Shown: positions 1 to 8,723, counted from the stretch's first letter. The stretch is 64,000 nucleotides of DNA from a virus (IMGVR_UViG_3300017913_001833:64001-128000); one strand, 5' to 3'. Numbers and translations are program-made. Notes: generated from the sequence alone by a model not told the origin.

Positions 1-2
1 TT

Positions 3-74
3 GTGGAGATCAGTGTCGCAGAAGACAACGAAAACGGCTGTAAAATCTTTTATCCAAATCCCTCTAGTGTATAA
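3..74 (+). CDS. C-terminal fragment of a QueD/6-pyruvoyl-tetrahydropterin synthase-like (T-fold) protein, truncated by window start
   Basis: Frame 3 reads VEISVAEDNENGCKIFYPNPSSV* (stop 72-74). The V-x-V-x-E-D-x-E-N-G end resembles QueD-like C-termini, and folE/queE lie nearby. Not in the ORF track. Confidence 0.5.
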   Translation: MEISVAEDNENGCKIFYPNPSSV

Positions 75-89
75 GGAACTTATGAAAAA

Positions 90-302
90 ATGGATATTAA
101 ATTCAATCGTGAAGCGTATACGAAAGTATTCAACGACTTGGAACGTTATCGCGACTATTGTCGCTTTGAAGGTAAAGTGTTTGATGAAAAAGCACTTTAT
201 AAAAAGGAAGACCCCAACTGGGAAGCCTATCAAAAATGGCAAGGTTGGATGCGGGCTAAGGCTCGTAATGCAGGACGGAAGTTTAATAATCGGAGAAACT
301 AA
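90..302 (+). CDS. Hypothetical protein (70 aa)
   Basis: ORF with AAGGA upstream; abuts the next gene. Confidence 0.75.
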   Translation: MDIKFNREAYTKVFNDLERYRDYCRFEGKVFDEKALYKKEDPNWEAYQKWQGWMRAKARNAGRKFNNRRN

Positions 303-1364
303 ATGACTATCTATATTGTAGACATCGAAGCAGTAGACACACGCTATACAAAGCAATGGAAGGAACATCTTCCACGTCAACTGCAACGAGCTACAAATGA
401 AAATGTAGAAGTTATTAGTGGAGGAGATACACCTCAGGCTACTACGCCTGGGGCGTTTCTCAATTTCGGAGGTACAAATGTTTACAAGTCTAATCAACTT
501 GAACAGATTGGCAAAATGTTCTGTGAAGGTAAAGTCAAGGATGGCGATTACTTTCTCTATACTGATGCTTGGAACCCCACTGTTATTCAGTTACGCTATA
601 TGGCTGCACTCTTGGGTGTTGATGTTAGTATCGGTGGCTTATGGCATGCTGGTAGCTATGATCCTCAAGACTTCCTTGGTAGACTGATTGGTGATGCTCC
701 TTGGGTACGTCACGCTGAATATTCTATGTTTGAATGTTATGATGACAATTTTTTTGCTACTGAATTCCATTGGGATCTGTTTGCAGAAACGTTTGCATTA
801 GACATGGGAGTTGTTGATCAAAACAAAATGAAACGTGTTGGTTGGCCCATGGAATACTTACACACAAGTTTAGATCAATACAAAGGAATGGAAAAACGTG
901 ATCTTATTTTGTTCCCACATCGTATTGCTCCAGAAAAACAAGTAGACATTTTTCGCGATTTGAAACAACGTTTACCACAGTATGAATTTGTTGTGTGTCA
1001 AGAACAAGAACTTAGCAAGCACGAATATCACAACTTGCTAGGAGAAGCAAAATTAGTATTCAGTGCAAACTTACAAGAAACACTTGGCATTAGTTGGTAT
1101 GAAGGTGCATTAGTAGATGCTATTCCAATGGTGCCTGACAGACTAAGTTACACAGAAATGGCTAGTGCAGAATTCAAGTATCCTAGTAGATGGACAGAAG
1201 ATTACACATCTTATGCAAAACATAGAGGTGATGTAATGAACAAGATTGTTGACTACATGGAAAACTATGAAGACTATCTTCCAAGCCTTCGCAAGCAAAC
1301 ACAATTTTTGCACAAAGAGTTTTTCAGCGGTACAAAATTATACGGAGACATTAAGAATGGGTGA
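303..1364 (+). CDS. Glycosyltransferase, GT-B (GT4-like) fold
   Basis: 353 aa; HRIAPEKQ and C-terminal ETLGISWYEGALVDAIPMV, which resembles the E-x-F/L-G-x4-E-A/G motif of GT4 enzymes. Confidence 0.75.
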   Translation: MTIYIVDIEAVDTRYTKQWKEHLPRQLQRATNENVEVISGGDTPQATTPGAFLNFGGTNVYKSNQLEQIGKMFCEGKVKDGDYFLYTDAWNPTVIQLRYMAALLGVDVSIGGLWHAGSYDPQDFLGRLIGDAPWVRHAEYSMFECYDDNFFATEFHWDLFAETFALDMGVVDQNKMKRVGWPMEYLHTSLDQYKGMEKRDLILFPHRIAPEKQVDIFRDLKQRLPQYEFVVCQEQELSKHEYHNLLGEAKLVFSANLQETLGISWYEGALVDAIPMVPDRLSYTEMASAEFKYPSRWTEDYTSYAKHRGDVMNKIVDYMENYEDYLPSLRKQTQFLHKEFFSGTKLYGDIKNG

Positions 1365-1692
1365 TGATGATAACGTTCTAAGCATCAATGACTTAGAATT
1401 AAATCTTCCAGAGCTAGAAAATACATCAGATGCTGTCACTATTACATTAGGTGATACCACGTTTAGTGATAGTGTATATACAACTGATACAGGTTCAGAA
1501 TACACATTTAATGTGTATGGTGAAGAAAAAGAATTTGAACAAACTATGCCTAGCGTACATAAAATTAACAATATGTGTAAACATTATCCTGCACTTGCTA
1601 AGGCTTATGAAAACTTTAAGACAATCTACAAAATGGTAGATCAAGATTACAAAGGTAACCACGAGGAGGCAGATAATGAAATCCCTTTCTAA
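1357..1692 (+). CDS. Hypothetical acidic protein
   Basis: ATG at 1357 (MGDDDNVL...) overlapping the GT stop region; ends DNEIPF. Confidence 0.65.
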   Translation: MGDDDNVLSINDLELNLPELENTSDAVTITLGDTTFSDSVYTTDTGSEYTFNVYGEEKEFEQTMPSVHKINNMCKHYPALAKAYENFKTIYKMVDQDYKGNHEEADNEIPF

Positions 1693-2218
1693 AAAAATAT
1701 ACACTTGGAAAGATATTGAAATTATGTGTACAAGTATTGTTGCACAGATGTACAAAGACAACTGGCGTCCTGATTACATTGTTGGTATCACACGAGGTGG
1801 TAATGTTCCTGCAACAATAATTTCAAATATGACTGGTATTCGTTGCGAAGCACTCAAGGTTGCATTGCGAGACGGTGAAAGTCATCAAGAAAGCAACTGT
1901 TGGATGGCTGAAGATGCCTTTGGTTATCCTAATCAAGATTCAGGTGGACAAGGAAAAAATATCCTTATTGTAGACGACATTAACGATACAGGTGCTACAT
2001 TTAATTGGATCATGCAAGATTGGCAAGCAGGTTGTTTGCCTGGGCATGAACATTGGAAAGATGTTTGGGGTAATAATGTTCGCTTTGCTGTTCTTACAGA
2101 TAACCTAAGTAGTGAGTTTGATCAATGTGTAAACTATTGTTGCGACTCAGTAAACAAAGCAGAAGAAGATGTTTGGTTAGTTTATCCCTGGGAGAATGTC
2201 GGTGAATACCATGCGTGA
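1676..2218 (+). CDS. Type I phosphoribosyltransferase (xanthine/guanine PRT-like)
   Basis: GITRGG loop, PRPP-binding motif ILIVDDINDTGAT, and C-terminal WLVYPWE as in Gpt-like enzymes. Confidence 0.85.
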   Translation: MKSLSKKIYTWKDIEIMCTSIVAQMYKDNWRPDYIVGITRGGNVPATIISNMTGIRCEALKVALRDGESHQESNCWMAEDAFGYPNQDSGGQGKNILIVDDINDTGATFNWIMQDWQAGCLPGHEHWKDVWGNNVRFAVLTDNLSSEFDQCVNYCCDSVNKAEEDVWLVYPWENVGEYHA

Positions 2219-2612
2219 TGACCTAATGGTCCAACAACAGGTAGATAATGTATGGCAACACATGGTCGGTGTGATGTGCCTTAATCTTACAGGTCGTAAA
2301 CAAGTAAAAGCAGTATTACCTAAGTTTTTTAAAAAATGGCCAACACATGAAGCACTACTCCATGCTACACGTTCTGAAATTGAGAATGTCATAGAGCCTT
2401 TAGGCATGAAACGTGTAAGAGCAGAAAGACTATATCGTATGAGCGAACAGTTCGGAGACTGGGACGGCGAAGATGCTACAGATCTACACGGTATTGGTAA
2501 GTATGGCTCAGACAGTTACGAACTGTTTTACAAAAAACGTGTACCTAAAAACGTAGGTGATCATGAACTTCAACGCTATGTTAAGGAAGAGTTTTATGAA
2601 ACCTTGGACTGA
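2211..2612 (+). CDS. HhH-GPD DNA glycosylase, MBD4-like catalytic domain
   Basis: CLNLT, FFKKWP, PLGM, HhH motif LHGIGKYGSDSY, and DHEL. These closely resemble the MBD4 glycosylase domain. Confidence 0.75.
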   Translation: MRDDLMVQQQVDNVWQHMVGVMCLNLTGRKQVKAVLPKFFKKWPTHEALLHATRSEIENVIEPLGMKRVRAERLYRMSEQFGDWDGEDATDLHGIGKYGSDSYELFYKKRVPKNVGDHELQRYVKEEFYETLD

Positions 2613-2931
2613 TGTAGTTATTGAATGTAAAGAATATACAGTTTACAAAGACGGCTTCCCTGTTACGGAAGGGCATATTCTTTTTGTGCCTAAAGAACAA
2701 ACTTGGGAATATCTAGAGAAGTGTTACAAAGCAGCATATGCTTGGGGATACGATTGGGTGCAGTCAGGTTACTGCGATGCATATAATATTGGACAGAACG
2801 TAGGAACAGAAGCAGGACAAACTGTTGATTATCCTCATGTTCATTTAATCCCTCGCCGTAAGGGTGATATGAAAGATCCTCGAGGAGGAGTACGGCATGT
2901 TATACCAGAGAAAGGAAATTACCGTGTCTGA
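2596..2931 (+). CDS. HIT family nucleotide hydrolase
   Basis: FPVTEGHILFVP and AGQTVDYPHVHLIPR (histidine-triad region; the first His position is Y/P). Confidence 0.85.
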   Translation: MKPWTDVVIECKEYTVYKDGFPVTEGHILFVPKEQTWEYLEKCYKAAYAWGYDWVQSGYCDAYNIGQNVGTEAGQTVDYPHVHLIPRRKGDMKDPRGGVRHVIPEKGNYRV

Positions 2932-3382
2932 AGGTGTTGATAAAATTGAAGTAGGTAAGTCCTACGAAGTGTGTGCATACTACAAAAAAAGTATGGTTGA
3001 AATTGAAATGTTTAAGCATGAAGATGGACGTATGTTAAATACTGAAGTTGTTTGGCGTAATGGCACCTTTATTATTCATGTGCAAAATGAAGAAGAGGCA
3101 GATACATTACAAGCATGCCTGGGTGAAGATGGCGACATCTGGGACTTTGAAGATTATGAAGAAATTGAAATGGACAGTACCTTTGACGGAGTACAAGAAG
3201 AATTTGTATTCTATGGTAAACATTTTACAGATGATGAACAACAAGCACTTGAAGAAGAATATGAAACACAACTTGAAAGTGATGATTGGCAAAGCCGTTA
3301 CGAGTTTTTAGAAGAACGTGGTTTTGAATCACAAGGCTGTAACTGGCAAGTTGAAGGGGGAATGATTGCAGAAGAACATTAA
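2924..3382 (+). CDS. Hypothetical acidic protein
   Basis: GTG start after AAGGA; very Asp/Glu-rich. Confidence 0.7.
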   Translation: MSEGVDKIEVGKSYEVCAYYKKSMVEIEMFKHEDGRMLNTEVVWRNGTFIIHVQNEEEADTLQACLGEDGDIWDFEDYEEIEMDSTFDGVQEEFVFYGKHFTDDEQQALEEEYETQLESDDWQSRYEFLEERGFESQGCNWQVEGGMIAEEH

Positions 3383-3955
3383 CATAGATTACTCACAAGA
3401 AGAAATACTGAAAGAAATTATTTCTTGTAGAGAATTTATGACTGATATTCCTGCGACAAAGAGCAACATCATGTCAGCTTTGACAGGTGAGTATTTTATG
3501 TCTGAAAGTAAAGATCTTTACAGTAAGATTAACGAATTACCAAATCCTAAATCACTTTACTTAAGAAATACTTTGGACAATCGTAGTGGTTACAAGTATT
3601 CAAAAGGACAAAACAAATATGTTTGGATTGAAAAGGTCATAGAAAAACTTCCTTATACAAAAAAGGTAATAGATAGTCTGCCAATTCAAAAAAAAACTTA
3701 AAATGTGTACGAGCAATAATAACGGAGAATACTTTTTTGCCTAGTCATCACGATAATTATACAGACGATATCACAGATAACTTAGGTATAAGTTTGGTTG
3801 CAAAGAATGTTGATTCACCGTTATTGGTAAGTATCAATAATACCATTGAACGTATAGAACACGATTGTTTTTGGTTTGATGATTCATATGTTCATGGCAT
3901 TCCGTTTTGCGATGGAATAAGAGTAGATATAAGAATATTTGGAAAGGATAACTAA
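3366..3955 (+). pseudogene. Fe(II)/2OG oxygenase-like gene split by a frameshift at an A9 run (pseudogene, slippage-recoded gene, or sequencing error)
   Basis: ORF 3366-3701 stops just after A9 (3688-3696). The -1 frame continues NLKCVRAIITENTFLPSHHD...WFDDSYVHGI...RVDIRIFG, giving an HxD...H...R pattern. Confidence 0.6.
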
Positions 3956-4090
3956 ATGTCTTGTACTTGCGGAAGATCGCCAACTGGTAAATGTGTAGGT
4001 TGGCATTCACTGACTGAAGATCAGTACAAAGAAAAACTAGCTCAATATGAAGCTAGACAACAAGCTAAAAAGGAGAAAGAAAATGGCTAA
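3956..4090 (+). CDS. Small CDGSH-like 3Cys-1His Fe-S/Zn protein (44 aa)
   Basis: Translates MSCTCGRSPTGKCVGWHSLTEDQYKEKLAQYEARQQAKKEKENG; AAGGA upstream; below the ORF-track cutoff. Confidence 0.7.
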   Translation: MSCTCGRSPTGKCVGWHSLTEDQYKEKLAQYEARQQAKKEKENG

Positions 4091-4295
4091 AGCTGGAGAC
4101 TTGTTAATTGAAGCTGCACGTAAGCAAGCAGAAGGAGAACTTGCTGTTCATCGTGCAAATATTGAAGTATATCGTACTATGCCTGCTGGTATTGGTGAAC
4201 ATGCCGATATTACAGAAGCAGTAATTGAAGAACTTAATAAAATGGCTTCTGCTCAAGATCGTTTAGATATGATCGAAAAATATTTTAATGGTTGA
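4083..4295 (+). CDS. Hypothetical protein (helical, GIGEH motif)
   Basis: ATG at 4083 after AGGAG; MAKAGDLL... Confidence 0.75.
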   Translation: MAKAGDLLIEAARKQAEGELAVHRANIEVYRTMPAGIGEHADITEAVIEELNKMASAQDRLDMIEKYFNG

Positions 4296-4320
4296 CAAAA
4301 ACCTAAATAAACAGTATAAT
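4292..4320 (+). promoter_or_regulatory. Consensus sigma70 promoter for folE-queE
   Basis: TTGACA (4292-4297), 17-nt spacer, TATAAT (4315-4320). Confidence 0.85.
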
Positions 4321-4363
4321 AACAACATAATAGACATCCTCGTCTATAACTCGGAGAATATAA

Positions 4364-5053
4364 ATGAGCAAAAGTAAAGAACTAAAACAGCGCCTTGAAG
4401 AATTAGGTGTACGTTATTGGGCAGGTGATAACATTTCATATGTTATGCAAAAAGGTGACAAGGAAGCACTTATAGAAGAACTTACACCCAAGTTTGAAAG
4501 CGTCCTTGAAAGCCTGTGCATTGACATTGAAAATGATCCTAATAGTATGGACACTGGTAGACGTCTTGCAAAGATGTATATCAATGAACTTATGGCAGGA
4601 CGTTATGATCCAATGCCTAACGCAACTGCATTTCCTAACCATGTAGATGATGGTTACAAAGGTATGCTAGTTGTAAGAAGTGAACTAAAAAGCATGTGTT
4701 CGCATCATCATCAGCCAGTTAATGGTGTAGCATACATTGGCATTATTGCCGCTAACACACTTATTGGACTTTCTAAGTATACACGTATTGCACAATGGTG
4801 TGCTAGACGTGGTACACTACAAGAAGAACTTAACAATGTTATTGCAAATGAAATACAGAAAGCAACTGGTTCAGAAAACGTAGGTGTATATATTCAAGCA
4901 ACGCATGGTTGTTGTGAAAACAGAGGTATTGGCGCACACAGTAGTCTTACACAAACAACTGTACTACGTGGTGCATTTGCTGATGATCCTAGCACTAAGA
5001 AAGAGTTTATGGATAATATCAAATTGCAACAACAGTTTGCATGTGGAGCATAG
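4364..5053 (+). CDS. folE: GTP cyclohydrolase I
   Basis: SMCSHHHQP, GLSKYTRI, LQEEL, ATHGCCENRG: Zn ligands and GTP-binding motifs of FolE. Confidence 0.95.
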   Translation: MSKSKELKQRLEELGVRYWAGDNISYVMQKGDKEALIEELTPKFESVLESLCIDIENDPNSMDTGRRLAKMYINELMAGRYDPMPNATAFPNHVDDGYKGMLVVRSELKSMCSHHHQPVNGVAYIGIIAANTLIGLSKYTRIAQWCARRGTLQEELNNVIANEIQKATGSENVGVYIQATHGCCENRGIGAHSSLTQTTVLRGAFADDPSTKKEFMDNIKLQQQFACGA

Positions 5054-5054
5054 T

Positions 5055-5948
5055 ATGAAACTTAGATATTCAGAAGCGTTTTACAGTGTACAAGGCGAAG
5101 GTAAATTTGTAGGAGTACCTAGTGTGTTCCTACGTACTTTCGGTTGTAATTTCCGTTGCATGAACTTTGGTGTTGATACTAAAAAAGATCGTTGGGAGCA
5201 ACATAAAGAAGGTCAACGATACAATGCAGAAGTAAAAGCACTTATTGATGCAGGCGTTCATGAAACTACAGAAAAATTTGAAGACTTGCCTATCATTCAC
5301 ACAGGTTGTGATACATACGCAAGTATCTATCCAGAATTCAAACACTTTAATAAACTAGCAGAAGTTGACGAAGTTGTAGATCATCTTATTAGTTTATTAC
5401 CCGAGGGTAAATGGACCATGGACAATGGTCAAGATATCCATTTAATTTTAACTGGAGGTGAGCCATTATTGGCTTGGCAACGTTTATACGTTGAGCTGTT
5501 TGAACACCCTAAAATGAAGGACTTAAAAAATGTTACATTTGAAACAAATACTACACAACATTTACACAAAGATTTCTTCAACTATCTCGCAGACCAAGAC
5601 AGATTTGAGGTTACTTGGAGTTGCTCCCCAAAACTTAGTGTCTCAGGAGAACCTTGGGAAACTGCTATACTGCCTGATGTTGCTAGTGAGTATAGCAACG
5701 TTGACGGTAGTGACCTTTATCTTAAGTTTGTTGTGGCTACTAACGAGGACTTTGACGAAGTTACAAGAGCTGTTGACGAGTATCGCAAAGCCGGGATTAA
5801 TTGTCCAGTATATCTTATGCCGTTGGGAGGACGTTCAGAAGAGTACAGTCTCAACGTTAAGGACGTGGCAGAAGCGTGTATGGAAAGAGGATGGCGATTC
5901 ACGCCAAGACTCCACATCAGCTTATTCGGAAATGCCTGGGGAACTTGA
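5055..5948 (+). CDS. queE: 7-carboxy-7-deazaguanine synthase (radical SAM), atypical CX3CX49C
   Basis: YSEAFYSVQGEG, FLRTFGCNFRC...GCDT, LTGGEP, FETN, SCSPKL, PRLH; directly downstream of folE. Confidence 0.9.
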   Translation: MKLRYSEAFYSVQGEGKFVGVPSVFLRTFGCNFRCMNFGVDTKKDRWEQHKEGQRYNAEVKALIDAGVHETTEKFEDLPIIHTGCDTYASIYPEFKHFNKLAEVDEVVDHLISLLPEGKWTMDNGQDIHLILTGGEPLLAWQRLYVELFEHPKMKDLKNVTFETNTTQHLHKDFFNYLADQDRFEVTWSCSPKLSVSGEPWETAILPDVASEYSNVDGSDLYLKFVVATNEDFDEVTRAVDEYRKAGINCPVYLMPLGGRSEEYSLNVKDVAEACMERGWRFTPRLHISLFGNAWGT

Positions 5949-6039
5949 TGAGTATATTAACGCAACTCACAAAAAGGCAATGAAAAAGCCGATAGAAAAA
6001 AACTTAGACGAAGAACTAAGAGAAAAAGGACTAATATGA
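5932..6039 (+). CDS. Possible small protein (35 aa)
   Basis: MPGELDEYINATHKKAMKKPIEKNLDEELREKGLI fills the gap between queE and the next gene (ATGA overlap). Confidence 0.4.
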   Translation: MPGELDEYINATHKKAMKKPIEKNLDEELREKGLI

Positions 6040-6440
6040 AGGATCTAATAAAAAAACTAGTTGGACTTGATAAACAAGAAGAACAACTTAAAAAAGAACG
6101 TGAAGAAGTAGCAAAGCATGAAGAAGAGCTTCTTAAAAAACGTGATCCTAAAGCATATGCTACACGCAAGAAAGAACCTTGGGTTGGTGTATTAGATGTC
6201 AAAGTGAACGAAAAGAACGTTCGTAATGGATTCTTTGAACTAGATTGGAACAAATATTTTATTGAACAACTTATTAATGCAGGCTACGGCGTTGCTAATG
6301 ATGAGGAAGAAGAAATTGTAGATCGCTGGTTCAGAGACATCGTTGGAAACATTTTGGATGAAGAAGGACTTGACAAAGAGCGCGGATCAGGGTATATTAA
6401 TGTAGTACCAATAAGCAAAGGGAAGAGTGAAATATCATGA
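6036..6440 (+). CDS. Hypothetical phage protein
   Basis: 134-aa ORF, coupled (ATGA) to the RNase H gene. Confidence 0.75.
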   Translation: MKDLIKKLVGLDKQEEQLKKEREEVAKHEEELLKKRDPKAYATRKKEPWVGVLDVKVNEKNVRNGFFELDWNKYFIEQLINAGYGVANDEEEEIVDRWFRDIVGNILDEEGLDKERGSGYINVVPISKGKSEIS

Positions 6441-7420
6441 GTACATACGTCCTTGTAGACACTGCAAACACTTTCTTTAGAGCTCGTCATGTAGTACGTG
6501 GCGATATCGATACGAAAGTAGGCATGGCGATACATATCACACTTAACAGTATTAAGAAAGCATGGAATGACTTTGATGCAGACCATGTTGTATTTTGTTT
6601 AGAAGGCCGCAGTTGGCGCAAGGATTATTATGAGCCTTACAAGCGTAATAGGCAAGAAACACGTGATGCAATGACACCGCGTGAAGCAGATGAAGATAAA
6701 GTGTTTTGGGAAATCTTTGATGAGTTCAAAGACTTTATTGATACAAAGACAAATTGTACAATGATACGTCATCCACAATTAGAAGCAGATGATCTTATTG
6801 CAGGTTGGGTGCAACGGCATCCTGATGACAATCATGTTATCATTAGCACTGATGGCGACTTTGCACAACTGATTGCGCCTAACGTAAAACAATATAACGG
6901 TGTTAGCAATACAACTATTACACACGAAGGTTACTTTGATGACAAAGGTAGGCGTGTTGTAGATAAGAAAACAGGCGAAGATAAGCCTGCTCCTGATCCT
7001 GCATTTATGTTGTTTGAAAAGTGTATGCGTGGCGACACTAGCGATAATGTTTTCAGTGCGTATCCAGGTGTACGCAAAAAAGGTACACGCAACAAAGTTG
7101 GCTTGATCGAAGCATTTGCTGACAAAGACACAAAAGGTTACAACTGGAATAACATGATGCTACAACGCTGGGTAGATCACAATGGTGAAGAGCATCGTGT
7201 GCTAGATGATTACAATCGCAACGTAACACTCTGTGACTTAACTGCACAGCCACAAGAAATTAAAGAGATAATTAACAATACCATTAGCGAAGTAGAAAGT
7301 AAAGATATCAATCAAGTTGGTATGCGTTTACTTAAATTCTGTGCTAAATGGGATATGCAACGTATCGCTGATCAAGCGGCACATTATGCACAACCACTAC
7401 AGGCGAGGTACCCACAATGA
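6437..7420 (+). CDS. rnh: T4 RNase H-like 5'-3' exonuclease (FEN/PIN family)
   Basis: LVDTAN, SWRKDYYEPYKRNR, EADDLIA, ISTDGDFAQL, GDTSDNV: acidic metal-binding motifs of the family. Confidence 0.88.
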   Translation: MSTYVLVDTANTFFRARHVVRGDIDTKVGMAIHITLNSIKKAWNDFDADHVVFCLEGRSWRKDYYEPYKRNRQETRDAMTPREADEDKVFWEIFDEFKDFIDTKTNCTMIRHPQLEADDLIAGWVQRHPDDNHVIISTDGDFAQLIAPNVKQYNGVSNTTITHEGYFDDKGRRVVDKKTGEDKPAPDPAFMLFEKCMRGDTSDNVFSAYPGVRKKGTRNKVGLIEAFADKDTKGYNWNNMMLQRWVDHNGEEHRVLDDYNRNVTLCDLTAQPQEIKEIINNTISEVESKDINQVGMRLLKFCAKWDMQRIADQAAHYAQPLQARYPQ

Positions 7421-7881
7421 TAAAGGCAAAAGAAGTATTAAAAGATAAGTTTTGGATTGTAGAAGAAGGTGGCGAAAGTTTTGCTACTATTTCTTGGGAT
7501 AAAGAAAACTATATCGTTAACAATAGAGGCGTAACAAAACTGTTTCAAACACAAAATGAAATCAGTCAAGATTTAGGCAAACAAATATTCTTTGATAAAC
7601 TAGATATCAAAGAAGCTATCGAACATGAAGTACATGGTTTTCCAACTAGTTGTACACCATATAATACAGTGTTAGATGTAAGACGTAAACTGCCATTATT
7701 TACAAAAAGTAATAAAAGTAAAAGTTTGTACTGTGCAGGTTATTATATTATTCATTTTGACAAGGGCTGGGTCAAAAGTTTTTGTCCTAAGCTAATTACT
7801 GTTGAACGTTACGATACACAAGGTCCTTTCAAAACAATATTAGAAATGAAAACAGCACTAAGTAATGCAAACAAAAATTGA
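7417..7881 (+). CDS. Hypothetical phage protein
   Basis: 154-aa ORF overlapping the rnh stop. Confidence 0.75.
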   Translation: MIKAKEVLKDKFWIVEEGGESFATISWDKENYIVNNRGVTKLFQTQNEISQDLGKQIFFDKLDIKEAIEHEVHGFPTSCTPYNTVLDVRRKLPLFTKSNKSKSLYCAGYYIIHFDKGWVKSFCPKLITVERYDTQGPFKTILEMKTALSNANKN

Positions 7882-8497
7882 TAATTTTCCATTCCAATAT
7901 GTGGAGTGGTTAGAATATGATAGTGAAAAACTTTTAGAGTTAGTTACAAGTATACCAGAAACATTATGGCGTGGACAAGGTCCAGGTGAATATACAGCAG
8001 ACACTCCTCTAAACAAGAGGCCTGCACATGAATATGGTATGAATACTGCACTGAATCTTGACCACGATTATGATCAATATCCAGTTATTCAAGATCTTAA
8101 AAAACAATTAATGTTAGGAGGACAGTGTCTTTACTACACAATTAATTGGAAACGTTCCAAAAAAGATTATTTTTCAGACTGGAATACAATGATGAATAAT
8201 GAAACTCAAAACAAAAGGTTCAAGATTGAACGTACATTCGATATTGTTGTACCTGTAGTTGGAGACTTTCGTGAAAATCCCGTGGAGGCAAAAAGAGTAA
8301 GCACAGGGGAAGAGTTTGTATATGAACCTAAAGGCACTGCCATGGCTATTCAAACAAGTTCAGATTGGCATTATAGATGGTGTGAGAAAGGAAACCCTTA
8401 CAGATATACACTACATTTACGTAGTCGTAAACCTGTAACATGGCGTTTGTTAGAACAAATATCAAACGAAAAAAGGAACAAACATGCAAACAAATGA
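7865..8497 (+). CDS. Hypothetical protein, possibly degenerate cupin/2OG-oxygenase fold
   Basis: 210 aa; DIVVPV...WHYRW...RYTLHLR resembles a double-stranded beta-helix C-terminus, but there is no clear HxD. Confidence 0.55.
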   Translation: MQTKIDNFPFQYVEWLEYDSEKLLELVTSIPETLWRGQGPGEYTADTPLNKRPAHEYGMNTALNLDHDYDQYPVIQDLKKQLMLGGQCLYYTINWKRSKKDYFSDWNTMMNNETQNKRFKIERTFDIVVPVVGDFRENPVEAKRVSTGEEFVYEPKGTAMAIQTSSDWHYRWCEKGNPYRYTLHLRSRKPVTWRLLEQISNEKRNKHANK

Positions 8498-8723
8498 ACC
8501 AATAAACACTGCAAGCATACAAGCGTTTATACAACAAGTAAAAGGCGCAGATGCAAGTAAAGCCAAAGACATACGTATGGACATAACACAAGCAAAAAAT
8601 CTAGCGTTTACATTAGGTATTGTAATGTCTAGACTAAATGGCGACTTAGAACAACTGCTTGTAAATAAAAGCAACACAGAAGAAACTGTTGAAGTTCAAC
8701 TAGATGGCGGTACTGGCTGGTAA
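8484..8723 (+). CDS. Hypothetical protein
   Basis: 79-aa ORF with AGGA RBS. Confidence 0.7.
   Translation: MQTNEPINTASIQAFIQQVKGADASKAKDIRMDITQAKNLAFTLGIVMSRLNGDLEQLLVNKSNTEETVEVQLDGGTGW

Noticed and set aside
1-306. 101-aa ORF 1..306 and other alternate-frame ORFs over real genes (e.g. 418-687, 5530-5931, 3048-3311)
   Set aside because: They overlap better-supported genes. The +1 frame stays open when xTA/xTG codons are sparse, and they show no RBS or motifs.
4884-5054. ORF-track N-terminal extensions (queE from 4884; also 26169, 30294, 33192, 22009, 4047)
   Set aside because: They run deep into upstream genes; downstream starts with an RBS or stop-start coupling fit better.
5158-5306. 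Intron or intein in queE
   Set aside because: The insertion is in frame, only ~49 aa, and lacks intein terminal motifs (C/S...HN) and a homing endonuclease.
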